Made by a program: the position numbers and the translations under genes. Below, in pieces: positions 36,785-45,290 of a stretch of DNA of 64,000 nucleotides. The notes beneath the pieces were generated by a model, which had not been told where the DNA came from, searched no databases, and was given only the letters and a program-made list of their open reading frames with translations. Origin of the DNA: a bacterium (GTDB lineage Bacteria; Babelota; Babeliae; Babelales; UBA12409); the NCBI GenBank assembly GCA_021823685.1, contig JAKANL010000005.1, positions 5,489 through 69,488 on the forward strand, read 5' to 3'. Position 1 is the first letter of the stretch. Each line of letters begins with the position of its first letter.

Positions 36785-38437
36785 TTATTTCGCAGATGCT
36801 GGTTGTGCTGGTTTAGAAGCTTCAGAAGTTGGAGTTTTTGATCCACGCAACCAACCGAACCAACGACGAGCCTCCGGTTGCGCTTGAGGTGCTACCGGCG
36901 TTGCTACAACAGGTTTTGGTTGTTGAACTACCGGAGTTACTGCTTGTGGCGTTGTTTCTGGTTTTGCTACTGGACTAACATTTTTTGACCAACGAAGCCA
37001 GTTAAACCAACCACCAACGGCTGCTTGCGCTTGAGGCGCTACCGGTGTTGTTACAGCAGGTTTCGCTTCTGGTTGCACGGCATAGAGCTCTTGCAATTCT
37101 TGAGTGAGACCTTCCAAGCTAGCAAAGATTCTTTGCGAAGGAAGCGTCACTTTTTGTTCGACCAACTTACCATTGGCATCTTTTGCAAATACCTTGTTAC
37201 CATTGGCATCTCTAGCCGATACCTTGATAGCATCATACTGCTTTTCGCCATTTTCAGCCTTCTTCAGGTTGACCTTGAGGCCCGGTTCATAAACCATAAC
37301 ATCGGCATAGTCATCAACGAGCTCATTGAGTTTAGCAACAAGCCGGGCATTGTTGGCCATGAGAGTCGCATTGAGACGTTGCGATTCGGAAAGACGAGCA
37401 TTAACTTGTTCAACCTGATCATGGTTGGTACGTTGCAATTCAGCGAGACGAACGTTAGCCTGATCAAGCTGATTATGCAATGCACGGTCGCCGTTTTCTA
37501 AGCAAACGCCGCGATGCATGGCACGGCTAAACGAATCGTTAACATTTTGCAATTCAGCATTTTTAGCGTTCAACTCTTGAACTTTAGCATTCAACAAGCG
37601 GTCTTTTTCGCTGACGCTATTGGTCAACGCAGCCACTTGTTGCTCAGCATTCTGCAATTCGGCGGTTTTTACGTCCAATTCTTGAACTTTGGCATTCAGC
37701 AAGCCGTCTTTTTCGCTGACGCTATTGGTCAACGCAACCACTTGCCGTTCAGTATTCTGCAATTCGACGTTTTTCGCGTCCAATTCTTGAACTTTGGCAT
37801 TCAGCAAGCCGTCTTTTTCGCTGACGCTATTGGTCAACGCAGCCACTTGCCGCTCAGTATTCTGCAATTCGGCGTTTTTAGTGTCCAATTCTTGAACTTT
37901 AGCATTCAACGAGCAGTCTTTTTCGCTAACGTTATCGGTCAGCGTAGCCACTTGCCGCTCACTATTTTGCAATTCAGCGTCCTTTGCGCTCAACTCTTGG
38001 CCTTTAACGACCATGGCTCGGTTAACTTCAGCTAATTTGGCATTTTTGGCCGTCAATTCTTGCGTCTTGGCAACCAAAGCCTTATCAAATTTAGCCAACT
38101 CGGCCTTCTTGTGTTCATTTACTTTGCGCACGATAGCACCAACGCCACGTACACCCTTGAAAGAAAGGCCCTTCACGCGCTTATCTGACGATTTCTTCAA
38201 AGAGGCAAGCGTAGCTTGTAACTTTGAAACGGCACCTTCAAGCCCAGAAATATTTTTTTGAGCTATCAACGCCTTCACTTGCGCATTAAATTGCCCAATA
38301 GTCTTGGCAATTTGATCTACCTTTTTCACTTGTTTTGCTGGAGCTGGTTTTTTGACCGGCTTAACCGCTTTAGGTTGTGCCGCCGACAAACCAAATCCGC
38401 TCAACAAAAGAACAGGCAATAATATCTTCTTGTACAT
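36785..38437 (-). CDS. Secreted coiled-coil protein with 35-aa tandem repeats and a duplicated C-terminal WFxWLRxSK motif
   Basis: ATG at 38437 is preceded by GGAGG (the track start at 38485 is further upstream). Signal peptide MYKKILLPVLLLSGFGLSA|AQP. There are about 4.5 copies of NAKVQELD.KNAELQNTERQVAALTNSVSEKDGLL. Confidence 0.8.
   Translation of the reverse strand: MYKKILLPVLLLSGFGLSAAQPKAVKPVKKPAPAKQVKKVDQIAKTIGQFNAQVKALIAQKNISGLEGAVSKLQATLASLKKSSDKRVKGLSFKGVRGVGAIVRKVNEHKKAELAKFDKALVAKTQELTAKNAKLAEVNRAMVVKGQELSAKDAELQNSERQVATLTDNVSEKDCSLNAKVQELDTKNAELQNTERQVAALTNSVSEKDGLLNAKVQELDAKNVELQNTERQVVALTNSVSEKDGLLNAKVQELDVKTAELQNAEQQVAALTNSVSEKDRLLNAKVQELNAKNAELQNVNDSFSRAMHRGVCLENGDRALHNQLDQANVRLAELQRTNHDQVEQVNARLSESQRLNATLMANNARLVAKLNELVDDYADVMVYEPGLKVNLKKAENGEKQYDAIKVSARDANGNKVFAKDANGKLVEQKVTLPSQRIFASLEGLTQELQELYAVQPEAKPAVTTPVAPQAQAAVGGWFNWLRWSKNVSPVAKPETTPQAVTPVVQQPKPVVATPVAPQAQPEARRWFGWLRGSKTPTSEASKPAQPASAK
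37546..38010. repeat. Tandem repeat, 105 bp x about 4.5 copies, in-frame coding
   Basis: The (T)TGCAATTC phase marker recurs with its TGC ending at 37550, 37655, 37760, 37865 and 37970, an exact 105-bp period. Confidence 0.9.
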
Positions 38438-38619
38438 AAGAAACCTCCAGTTTGTACAATTAAACTTCGGAAACTTAAACCGCATTACTTTACCCCCCCA
38501 AAAGGGAGGCTTTTCACGCCTATTTAAAGGTTCCTGCCATTACAATATACAGAATATACTAATTAAAAAAAATTGCAAGTTTATTTTAACTGAAAATAAT
38601 TTTCCAACGAGAGGAAGTA

Positions 38620-39100
38620 TTCCTGCGCCAGATGGTTTTTGGGGAAATGCGGCCCCAAATAGCGCTGCCATTCGGCGCATCCGACCGCAACCTAAGGCAC
38701 CAGCGCCCCGTGGGCAGGCAGGACAAGCGAAAGTAAGATTGAGAGCCGGCAGGTAGGAATTTAGACTGCCCCCTTCGACAAGCTCCCGCCGCCGCCACGG
38801 CTATGGCGCCAGCCAGGCGTAGCTTAGCATTTCTTCGAAGAAATACCTGCGTAAGCGAAGACTGGCGCGCAGGCAGGGAGAGCGGGGGAAATTTAGCCTG
38901 TGTACCCTTCGGTAAACTCAGGATGCATGGGAAATAAGAGATTTTCGTAGGAAATGGTGGAGCGCTAGGCGTACGGAATATAACCATCACACAAACCGCT
39001 CACCATGGGCCATATCCCGCTCATTCTGCCCGATACCGTCCCCGCTCATTCTGAGCTTGTCGAAGAATGTCGTGCCCCGGCATGCGGGCCGTAGAAAACA
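38620..39100. repeat. Composite GC-rich repeat region, copy D, filling an intergenic gap
   Basis: It contains the 57-nt hairpin unit (38804-38860, inverted relative to 2798-2854). A 13-nt perfect inverted repeat is CTTCGACAAGCTC (38773-38785) paired with GAGCTTGTCGAAG (39053-39065). The direct repeat CCCGCTCATTCTG occurs at 39016 and 39041. ORFs predicted here read as low-complexity word salad (LSLPKG, AKLRLAG). Confidence 0.7.
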
Positions 39101-39102
39101 CC

Positions 39103-41181
39103 CTAATCAGCCAAACCGAACTGTTTTAAAAGGGCATCAACGGTAGGTTTGCGCCCCAAAAACCGCTCAAGCAACAATTCCGGATCAACAGCCCCGCCCT
39201 TGCCCAAAACTTGGTCAACAAACTTCTTGCCAACGGCTGGATTGATCAACCCCTGCTCTTTGATGGCCGAAAAGAGGTCCAAAGCAAACACCTTCGACCA
39301 TAAATAACTGTAATATTTGGCGGCATAGCCCGTCAGATGCCCAAAATTGGCCGGCAGATGCACGGCGTCATCCCAGGCGATATAAGGCTCATCGACCGAC
39401 CGCATGATATCGACATATACCCGCTGAATATCCTTCTTACCCTCAGCATGGAGCCGCAACGAAAGCAGCGTCTTGCCCAGTTGATCAAGCATAAACAAGC
39501 CCGCATCAAAACGGTCAATAGCGCCCAATGTCGCAATCATATCGTCGGACAACGGTTGACCGCTACGATAGTGCTTGGAAAGCTTTTTAAGAATACCCGG
39601 CTCTTTAACCCACTGCTCAAACATCTGAGAAGGCATTTCGACAAAATCACGCTTGACGCTTGTGCCAGAAAAACTAAACATGCGTGTCGCCCCAACCATA
39701 CCATGCATGGCATGGCCGAATTCGTGGAAAAACGTTTCCACATCGGCAAATTTGAGCAAGCCCGGCCTATCCGTCGTTGCGTGCGGAAAATTGGCAATAA
39801 TGGCAATAACAGCCGGACAAAGCACGTCACCCTCTTTTTGTGCTGATACCACATCAATCATACAGGCATGCGAATACTTGTTGGGGCGGGGGTATAAATC
39901 AAATAATAAATAACCGCGCAGGCGCCCCGCATCGGTATCGTAAACGGCAAAACAATACACAGATTCATGCCATAAGCCCGCACAGGTAACGCGCTCAAAG
40001 CGCAACCCTAAAAATTGCTGATAGATCGCACAAATAGCGTCGATAACGTGATCAACCGGAAAATACTCTGAAAGCAACTGGTCGTTAAGCTGCAAATGCT
40101 TTTGTTTGTAGTACTCTTTGACGTATGCAACATCCCACGGCTGTAAAACACCATCAGCGGCCAACGTAATGCCCTGCGGTAAATCGCCCAGCCACGCGTT
40201 GAATTCTTGGGCGCGCTTACGCTCTAATTTGGGCCGCAGTTCGCCTAAAAACGCCTCAACGGCCTGCGGTTGCTTGGCCATTTCGCTATCTAAATCGTAG
40301 GAGGCAAAATCAGGAAAACCAAGCATCTTTGCTTTTTGGTCACGCAACGTAATAATCTCATCAAGCAGCTTGTAATTTGCGGGATACGCACGATTATTAA
40401 ATGCTTCATGCACACGCTTGCGCGTTTGGCTATTGCGCGCGAATTTGATCACGGTTTTGGCCGTGGGATAATCCATCGTAACCAAAAAGTTACCCTGCCC
40501 GTCTTTTGCCAAATGCTCTAGAACGCTGGCCGGCACACCTTCAAGCTCGGCCTCCGAACAGGCAACACGCGTAGCATCCGAAGAAATATTTTTATCAAAT
40601 TGCAGCGAAAGCTCGCTTATTTTGTTGGTTAACGCAATAACCGCAGCAAGCCGATCATCGGGTAATAGCATACCATTGCGCTTGAAATCGCGCATGAGTT
40701 CCTGGTTAAAATACTGCTGCTCATCATCGAGCACTTCAGTTTTACTGTTACCATCGATGTACGTCTGAATGGCCTTAAAAAGATCTTTATTTTGGAGCAC
40801 GTGCTTTTGCACAAAGGGGTTAAGCTCGAGTAATGCATCAAAACAGGCCTGACGAACTGCCGCATCCGGACTTACTTCATTAAGCACCTCAAGCGGCGCC
40901 ATCAGGCGCTTGGCCGTACGTAAAAGCGTGTCATACGCCTGCATAGTATTAGCAAATGTGCGGCTTTCAGCGGAAATATCCAGTATCGTTTGAGTATCAT
41001 CCAGTATTTTTGTTTTAAGCACAGCAGTGCGCGTTTCCACCTGCTTCACCGTTGATGGAAAAAGCGTAACAACATCGGCAATATCGGCTATGGAACACAC
41101 AAAAATATCCTTCGGTTGATTGTTTTTGATACACGAACAAGAACAGAACAAAAAACTGATAACCACACAAAACTTTTTCAT
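39103..41181 (-). CDS. M3-family zinc metallopeptidase (oligopeptidase A / thimet-like), possibly a lipoprotein
   Basis: It has the HEFGH zinc motif (FFHEFGHAMHG), the downstream EMPSQMFEQW, and the N-terminus MKKFCVVISFLFCSCSC. ATG at 41181. Confidence 0.88.
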   Translation of the reverse strand: MKKFCVVISFLFCSCSCIKNNQPKDIFVCSIADIADVVTLFPSTVKQVETRTAVLKTKILDDTQTILDISAESRTFANTMQAYDTLLRTAKRLMAPLEVLNEVSPDAAVRQACFDALLELNPFVQKHVLQNKDLFKAIQTYIDGNSKTEVLDDEQQYFNQELMRDFKRNGMLLPDDRLAAVIALTNKISELSLQFDKNISSDATRVACSEAELEGVPASVLEHLAKDGQGNFLVTMDYPTAKTVIKFARNSQTRKRVHEAFNNRAYPANYKLLDEIITLRDQKAKMLGFPDFASYDLDSEMAKQPQAVEAFLGELRPKLERKRAQEFNAWLGDLPQGITLAADGVLQPWDVAYVKEYYKQKHLQLNDQLLSEYFPVDHVIDAICAIYQQFLGLRFERVTCAGLWHESVYCFAVYDTDAGRLRGYLLFDLYPRPNKYSHACMIDVVSAQKEGDVLCPAVIAIIANFPHATTDRPGLLKFADVETFFHEFGHAMHGMVGATRMFSFSGTSVKRDFVEMPSQMFEQWVKEPGILKKLSKHYRSGQPLSDDMIATLGAIDRFDAGLFMLDQLGKTLLSLRLHAEGKKDIQRVYVDIMRSVDEPYIAWDDAVHLPANFGHLTGYAAKYYSYLWSKVFALDLFSAIKEQGLINPAVGKKFVDQVLGKGGAVDPELLLERFLGRKPTVDALLKQFGLAD

Positions 41182-41262
41182 ATACAAAACTCCAAAATCT
41201 CGCCTTGTATATCGTAATCGCAACAATAGTTTTTGTAAAAAAATGGCGCGAAAACCGATGGA

Positions 41263-43218
41263 TTAATCCGTAGATTTTAATATCTGCAGTTCATTGCGTA
41301 GTTTAATCGCCAATTCAAAATCAAGATTTTCTGCAGCCTGGCGCATATTTTGCTCAAGCTCGACCATGCGTTTAATGCGCGCATTTTTATCCAGGCGCGT
41401 ACTGCGGCTGCCATGTTTTTTGTACGCTTTAGCGGCTGCAAGCGGTGAGCCGGTGATACTTTTAACGACTTCGCGGGTAACGGTGCGCGGTTGAATCCCG
41501 TGATCTTTGTTATAGGCTAGCTGCAAGTTACGCCGACGCGCTGTTTCATCCATAGCAACACGCATCGATTCGGTAATCTTATCGGCATACAAAAGCACTT
41601 TGGCCTCGCTATTGCGCGCAGCACGGCCGATCGTTTGTATTAATGAGCGGCGATCGCGCAAAAAACCTTCAATATCGGCGTCCATGATCGCCACGAGCGC
41701 AACCTCGGGCAGATCAAGGCCTTCGCGCAATAAGTTTACGCCGACCAAACAATCAAAAACGCCCAAACGCAATTTTTGCAAAATATCAGTTCGTTCTGGT
41801 GTTTTAATCTCGCTGTGCAGATAACACACTTTAATCTGGTTATTTTCAAGATGATCGGCCAATTCTTCGGCCATCTGCTTGGTCAAAACAGTTACTAAAC
41901 AGCGAAAGCCTCGCTTGGCCGTCTGACGAATATGCTCAATTAAATCGTTCACCTGGTTCACCCGGCTGCGCACCTCAACAACTGGATCAACCAATCCGGT
42001 TGGACGAATAACTTGTTCGACAACGCCTTGGCTCTGCGCAAGCTCATATTGGCCAGGGGTGGCTGATACAAAAATAACGTCACGCAAATACTTTTCAATT
42101 TCATCAAACTTGAGCGGACGGTTATCCAAAGCCGAAGGCAATCTAAAACCAAAATCAATCAGCGATTGTTTGCGTGAGCGATCGCCTGAATACATACCAC
42201 CAAGCTGCGGGACAGCAATATGCGATTCATCGATGATGCACAAAAAATCTTCCGGAAAAAAGTCAAATAAACAAAATGGCGCTTGTCCGCCGGCACGGCC
42301 GTCAAAGTGGCTGGAATAATTTTCGATGCCATTACAATAGCCATATTGCTCCAAAAGCTCTAAATCGTGCGCAACCCGGCGCCCAATACGATCTTGATAA
42401 AGCGGATTAGCCATTTTGGGCAACCACTCATTAAGTTCACGCTTAATGCTCATAATCGCTGAATTCTTTTTATCTTGCGTAGTTACAAAGTGTTTGGCAG
42501 GAAAAACAATCGTATGATCAACGCTCTCGATAACGGTATTATGCTGGCGATCGACCCAGGCCATATGTTCAATCGTATTGCCAAAAAACTCTATGCGCAG
42601 CTTATGCGCGGCGTAGGGCGCCTGGATTTCAACAGTATTACCCACAACCTGAAACGTTCCCGATGCTCGTTGGACATCGTTACGTTCGTATTGGATAAAA
42701 ATCAATTTGTGTAACAAATCGTTACGAGAAATCTTGTCACCAATATTAATCGGCAGCGCTAACTCACGATAAGCGGTTGGGTCACCCAACGAATAAATAC
42801 ACGAAACAGAAGCAATCATAATCACATCACGGCGGTTCATTAACGATGCCGTTGCTTCAACGCGCAAACGCTCAATCTCGCGGTTTACTTTGGTTTCCTT
42901 GGGAATATAAATATCCTGTGCCGGCAGGTACGATTCAGGCTGGTAAAAATCGTAATAGCTCACAAAATAACAAACTTTATTGTGCGGAAAGAATTGGTAA
43001 AACTCTTCGTATAACTGCGCGGCAAGCGTTTTATTAGGCGATAAAATAAGCACGGGCCGATCTTGCCCAGCAATCACATTAGCTAACGTAAACGTCTTGC
43101 CCGAACCGGTCACACCCATGAGCGTTGAGCGCCCGGGACGCTGGTCAGAGAGCTGGGCAATAGCGCCCGGCTGACTGCCAGCAGGCTGATACGGTGAAAC
43201 AAGTTTAAATAACGACAC
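41263..43218 (-). CDS. uvrB: Excinuclease ABC subunit B
   Basis: Walker A GVTGSGKTF, helicase motifs (DESH, TVLTKQMAEEL) and a C-terminal UVR domain. I prefer the GTG at 43218 (AAGGGGG RBS), which gives MSLFKLVSPYQPAGSQP, like E. coli MSKPFKLNSAFKPSGDQP. Confidence 0.95.
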   Translation of the reverse strand: MSLFKLVSPYQPAGSQPGAIAQLSDQRPGRSTLMGVTGSGKTFTLANVIAGQDRPVLILSPNKTLAAQLYEEFYQFFPHNKVCYFVSYYDFYQPESYLPAQDIYIPKETKVNREIERLRVEATASLMNRRDVIMIASVSCIYSLGDPTAYRELALPINIGDKISRNDLLHKLIFIQYERNDVQRASGTFQVVGNTVEIQAPYAAHKLRIEFFGNTIEHMAWVDRQHNTVIESVDHTIVFPAKHFVTTQDKKNSAIMSIKRELNEWLPKMANPLYQDRIGRRVAHDLELLEQYGYCNGIENYSSHFDGRAGGQAPFCLFDFFPEDFLCIIDESHIAVPQLGGMYSGDRSRKQSLIDFGFRLPSALDNRPLKFDEIEKYLRDVIFVSATPGQYELAQSQGVVEQVIRPTGLVDPVVEVRSRVNQVNDLIEHIRQTAKRGFRCLVTVLTKQMAEELADHLENNQIKVCYLHSEIKTPERTDILQKLRLGVFDCLVGVNLLREGLDLPEVALVAIMDADIEGFLRDRRSLIQTIGRAARNSEAKVLLYADKITESMRVAMDETARRRNLQLAYNKDHGIQPRTVTREVVKSITGSPLAAAKAYKKHGSRSTRLDKNARIKRMVELEQNMRQAAENLDFELAIKLRNELQILKSTD

Positions 43219-43385
43219 GTTTTTAACCCCCTTGGCAAGAACCAATCGCGCAATCGCAATATATGAACGGGCGAATACCAGTTCTTTTATTAGAGTATCA
43301 CAAATGGCTTATTTTGGCCAAAAAACCAGACTTTTGAGGTAAGCTTTAGAAGAACGCCAAAAGTTTTTAAAAGCAGGTAAAAAAT

Positions 43386-43703
43386 ATGAACAAAGGTAAA
43401 AGTTATAACAATTTACTCATTAAATCACTCAAAAAGCCTCAAGAAGCGGTTGCTTACTTAAATGCTGCTTTGGAGGAATGCAAAGATGGCAGCGTAGAAT
43501 CTCAAAAACTTCTCTTTATCGCCTTTAAAAATGTCGCGCTCGCACAGGGCGGTTTTTCAAATCTTGCAACCAAGACAGGTCTAGGCCGTGAAAGCCTCTA
43601 TAAAACGCTGTCAAAAAGGGGTAATCCAAAACTAACCACCTTAACAACATTGATCAGCGCAATGGGTTTTGACTTAAAAATAAGTTTGCCACAAAAACGC
43701 TAG
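43386..43703 (+). CDS. HigA-type addiction-module antidote protein (HTH), apparently orphan
   Basis: 105 aa. LKKPQEAVAYLNAALEE...FLIAFKNVALAQGGFSNLATKTGLGRESLYKTLSKRGNPKLTTLTTLISAMGF matches the TIGR02684-type antidote proteins. There is no intact toxin ORF upstream. Confidence 0.75.
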   Translation: MNKGKSYNNLLIKSLKKPQEAVAYLNAALEECKDGSVESQKLLFIAFKNVALAQGGFSNLATKTGLGRESLYKTLSKRGNPKLTTLTTLISAMGFDLKISLPQKR

Positions 43704-43757
43704 AGCTTTCCCAAATGCCACCATTTTGTTATAGAGCAAATCACGCCTATTGAGAAC

Positions 43758-43791
43758 AAAAAAAGGGAGCGGTAAACCGCTCCCTAAAAAA
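43758..43791. terminator. Bidirectional intrinsic terminator
   Basis: AAAAAGGGAGCGG-TAAA-CCGCTCCCTAAAAAA lies between convergent genes. Confidence 0.75.
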
Positions 43792-43806
43792 TTACTTTGA
43801 ACTGCG

Positions 43807-44451
43807 TTACTTAACTTTTGAAAGCAACGTCATTAATTCGCAGATCTGCGCTTCACTGAGCACGTTAACCACATTTGGATCAGCCAAAACATCTTTGCAT
43901 AGGCTATATGGATTAGAGGTTGCAACCACGCGGCTTAATGGCGTTTGGTTAAACCAACGAGCTAATTTAAGCAACCCGTAAGATGAACCGCCAAACACAG
44001 CACCCCTGAGCACATCGTACGGCAAAATGTACTTTGCAAAATTGGTTAAGTGAAGTTGGCCGGGAAGGAATGCGCCGCTCGTCAAGGACGAAACTTTTGC
44101 ATCATATGCACCTTTCAAGTAAGACGCATATCCTTCGTCCAATGCATTATGTGCAATGTAGACAGTGCACAAAGCAGCGCCTGCAGCGCACACCATTGCA
44201 GCTAGCGCGGCTTTTTTAAAACGAGGACGCTCCGCTTCAGCCAATTTGATAGCTAAACCAAAGTCGGAAGCGTTAGCAAAAGAACGACCGCCTGATAAAA
44301 CAGCCGGATGGCTGGCGACAAATGCACGAGCAAAATCAGCACAGTTTTGTGCGTTAATTTTAACAACATCCGCTCGCAGCGGCGCAAGCATCGCCACCAC
44401 AGCCAGCAATCCAAAGAAACACGACTTACGTACCATGAAAATCCCTTTCAC
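43807..44451 (-). CDS. Small secreted protein, array member 1
   Basis: 214 aa. Signal peptide FFGLLAVVAMLAPLRA|DV, N-terminal NCADFARAF motif, internal hydrophobic segments, and a C-terminal SLCKDVLADPNVVNVL motif. Confidence 0.6.
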   Translation of the reverse strand: MKGIFMVRKSCFFGLLAVVAMLAPLRADVVKINAQNCADFARAFVASHPAVLSGGRSFANASDFGLAIKLAEAERPRFKKAALAAMVCAAGAALCTVYIAHNALDEGYASYLKGAYDAKVSSLTSGAFLPGQLHLTNFAKYILPYDVLRGAVFGGSSYGLLKLARWFNQTPLSRVVATSNPYSLCKDVLADPNVVNVLSEAQICELMTLLSKVK

Positions 44452-44572
44452 TAAAAATTAACTCATTGCAGTATATGATGCCCTAATACCAAAAAATGTC
44501 TATCAAAAAGTAGGATTTTTGCCCGAAGTTAGGCGCATTTACACGTTCCGGCGTATTTTTTCGTTGGCAATA

Positions 44573-45277
44573 TCACAAAAACTTGGCAGCCAAAATCAAT
44601 ACGCCGGCACCGATTGCCAAATAATTCGGCTTGCGCGGCCATATACCGCTCCTGGCAATTCCAAGAACATTTATTCCATACCCTACCTCAATAAACGGCA
44701 TTTCTTGCGCCCATTTTACCCGCTTGGCAGCAGCCCACGCGCGCAATTCATCGAGAACCCGCGCATCAAAAAGTCCGGCCAACTCCGGGCAAACAAGCAC
44801 GCGTTCAACCAACAAAAAATCGTCAAAATTTTTCAGCGCCTGACGCACCATGATACGATCACTACGCTTGCCCTTCCCCGCGCGCAAAGCGCAACCAGAA
44901 GCCCGTTGCACCAAAAAACGTAACACCTCTCCCAAACAAGAAAAATCATCTTTGTTCTTTTCAATGGCTTCTTGACTTTTTGCAAGAGCTTCTAAATCTC
45001 CAGCAAGCGTTTTTTGAGCTTCTTCAAGACCTTTTCGTTCATCACCCAATGCCGAACAGCCTTTCCAGGCAAAAATGGCCATCACGGCATATGCAAGCGC
45101 TCCCTTCCAAGCCATTTGATAATCGGCATCTTCTTTGGCATAAATCTGCTTAATCTTTTTTGAAAGTTCTGCCGCGCGTGCTGATAAAAAATCAGCGCTA
45201 CACGATGGCGCAACTTTTTGCATGGCCAGGCAGCTACTCGTTACCACCAAAGAAGCAAAAAAAACGAGACAACGCAT
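44573..45277 (-). CDS. Small secreted/membrane protein, array member 2
   Basis: ATG at 45277 (the track start at 45304 is TTG). Signal peptide MRCLVFFASLVVTSSCLA|MQ, SCSADFLSARA motif, LVCPELAGLFDARVL motif, and a C-terminal TM segment, YLAIGAGVLILAAKFL. Confidence 0.6.
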   Translation of the reverse strand: MRCLVFFASLVVTSSCLAMQKVAPSCSADFLSARAAELSKKIKQIYAKEDADYQMAWKGALAYAVMAIFAWKGCSALGDERKGLEEAQKTLAGDLEALAKSQEAIEKNKDDFSCLGEVLRFLVQRASGCALRAGKGKRSDRIMVRQALKNFDDFLLVERVLVCPELAGLFDARVLDELRAWAAAKRVKWAQEMPFIEVGYGINVLGIARSGIWPRKPNYLAIGAGVLILAAKFL

Positions 45278-45290
45278 ATTAAAATTTTCT

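Noticed and set aside
33936-38010. Possibility that the regular repeats are CRISPR arrays
   Set aside because: The units are contiguous with no unique spacers. Their periods (171 and 105 bp) are multiples of 3. They sit in-frame inside long ORFs that encode heptad-rich protein, and there are no cas genes in the window.
37514-38035. 173-aa ORF on the + strand, antisense to the second coiled-coil gene
   Set aside because: The same situation applies. It is a periodic artefact of the 105-bp repeat (LQFGVFSVQFLNFSIQ...), with no independent support.
38352-38990. Two 134-aa ORFs (38352..38756 + and 38586..38990 -) in the 38.5-39.1 kb gap
   Set aside because: Both run through the GC-rich repeat composite. 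They translate to low-complexity repeat-derived text (LSLPKGTQAKFPPLSLPARQSSLTQVFLRRNAKLRLAG). They have no RBS, and they overlap each other.
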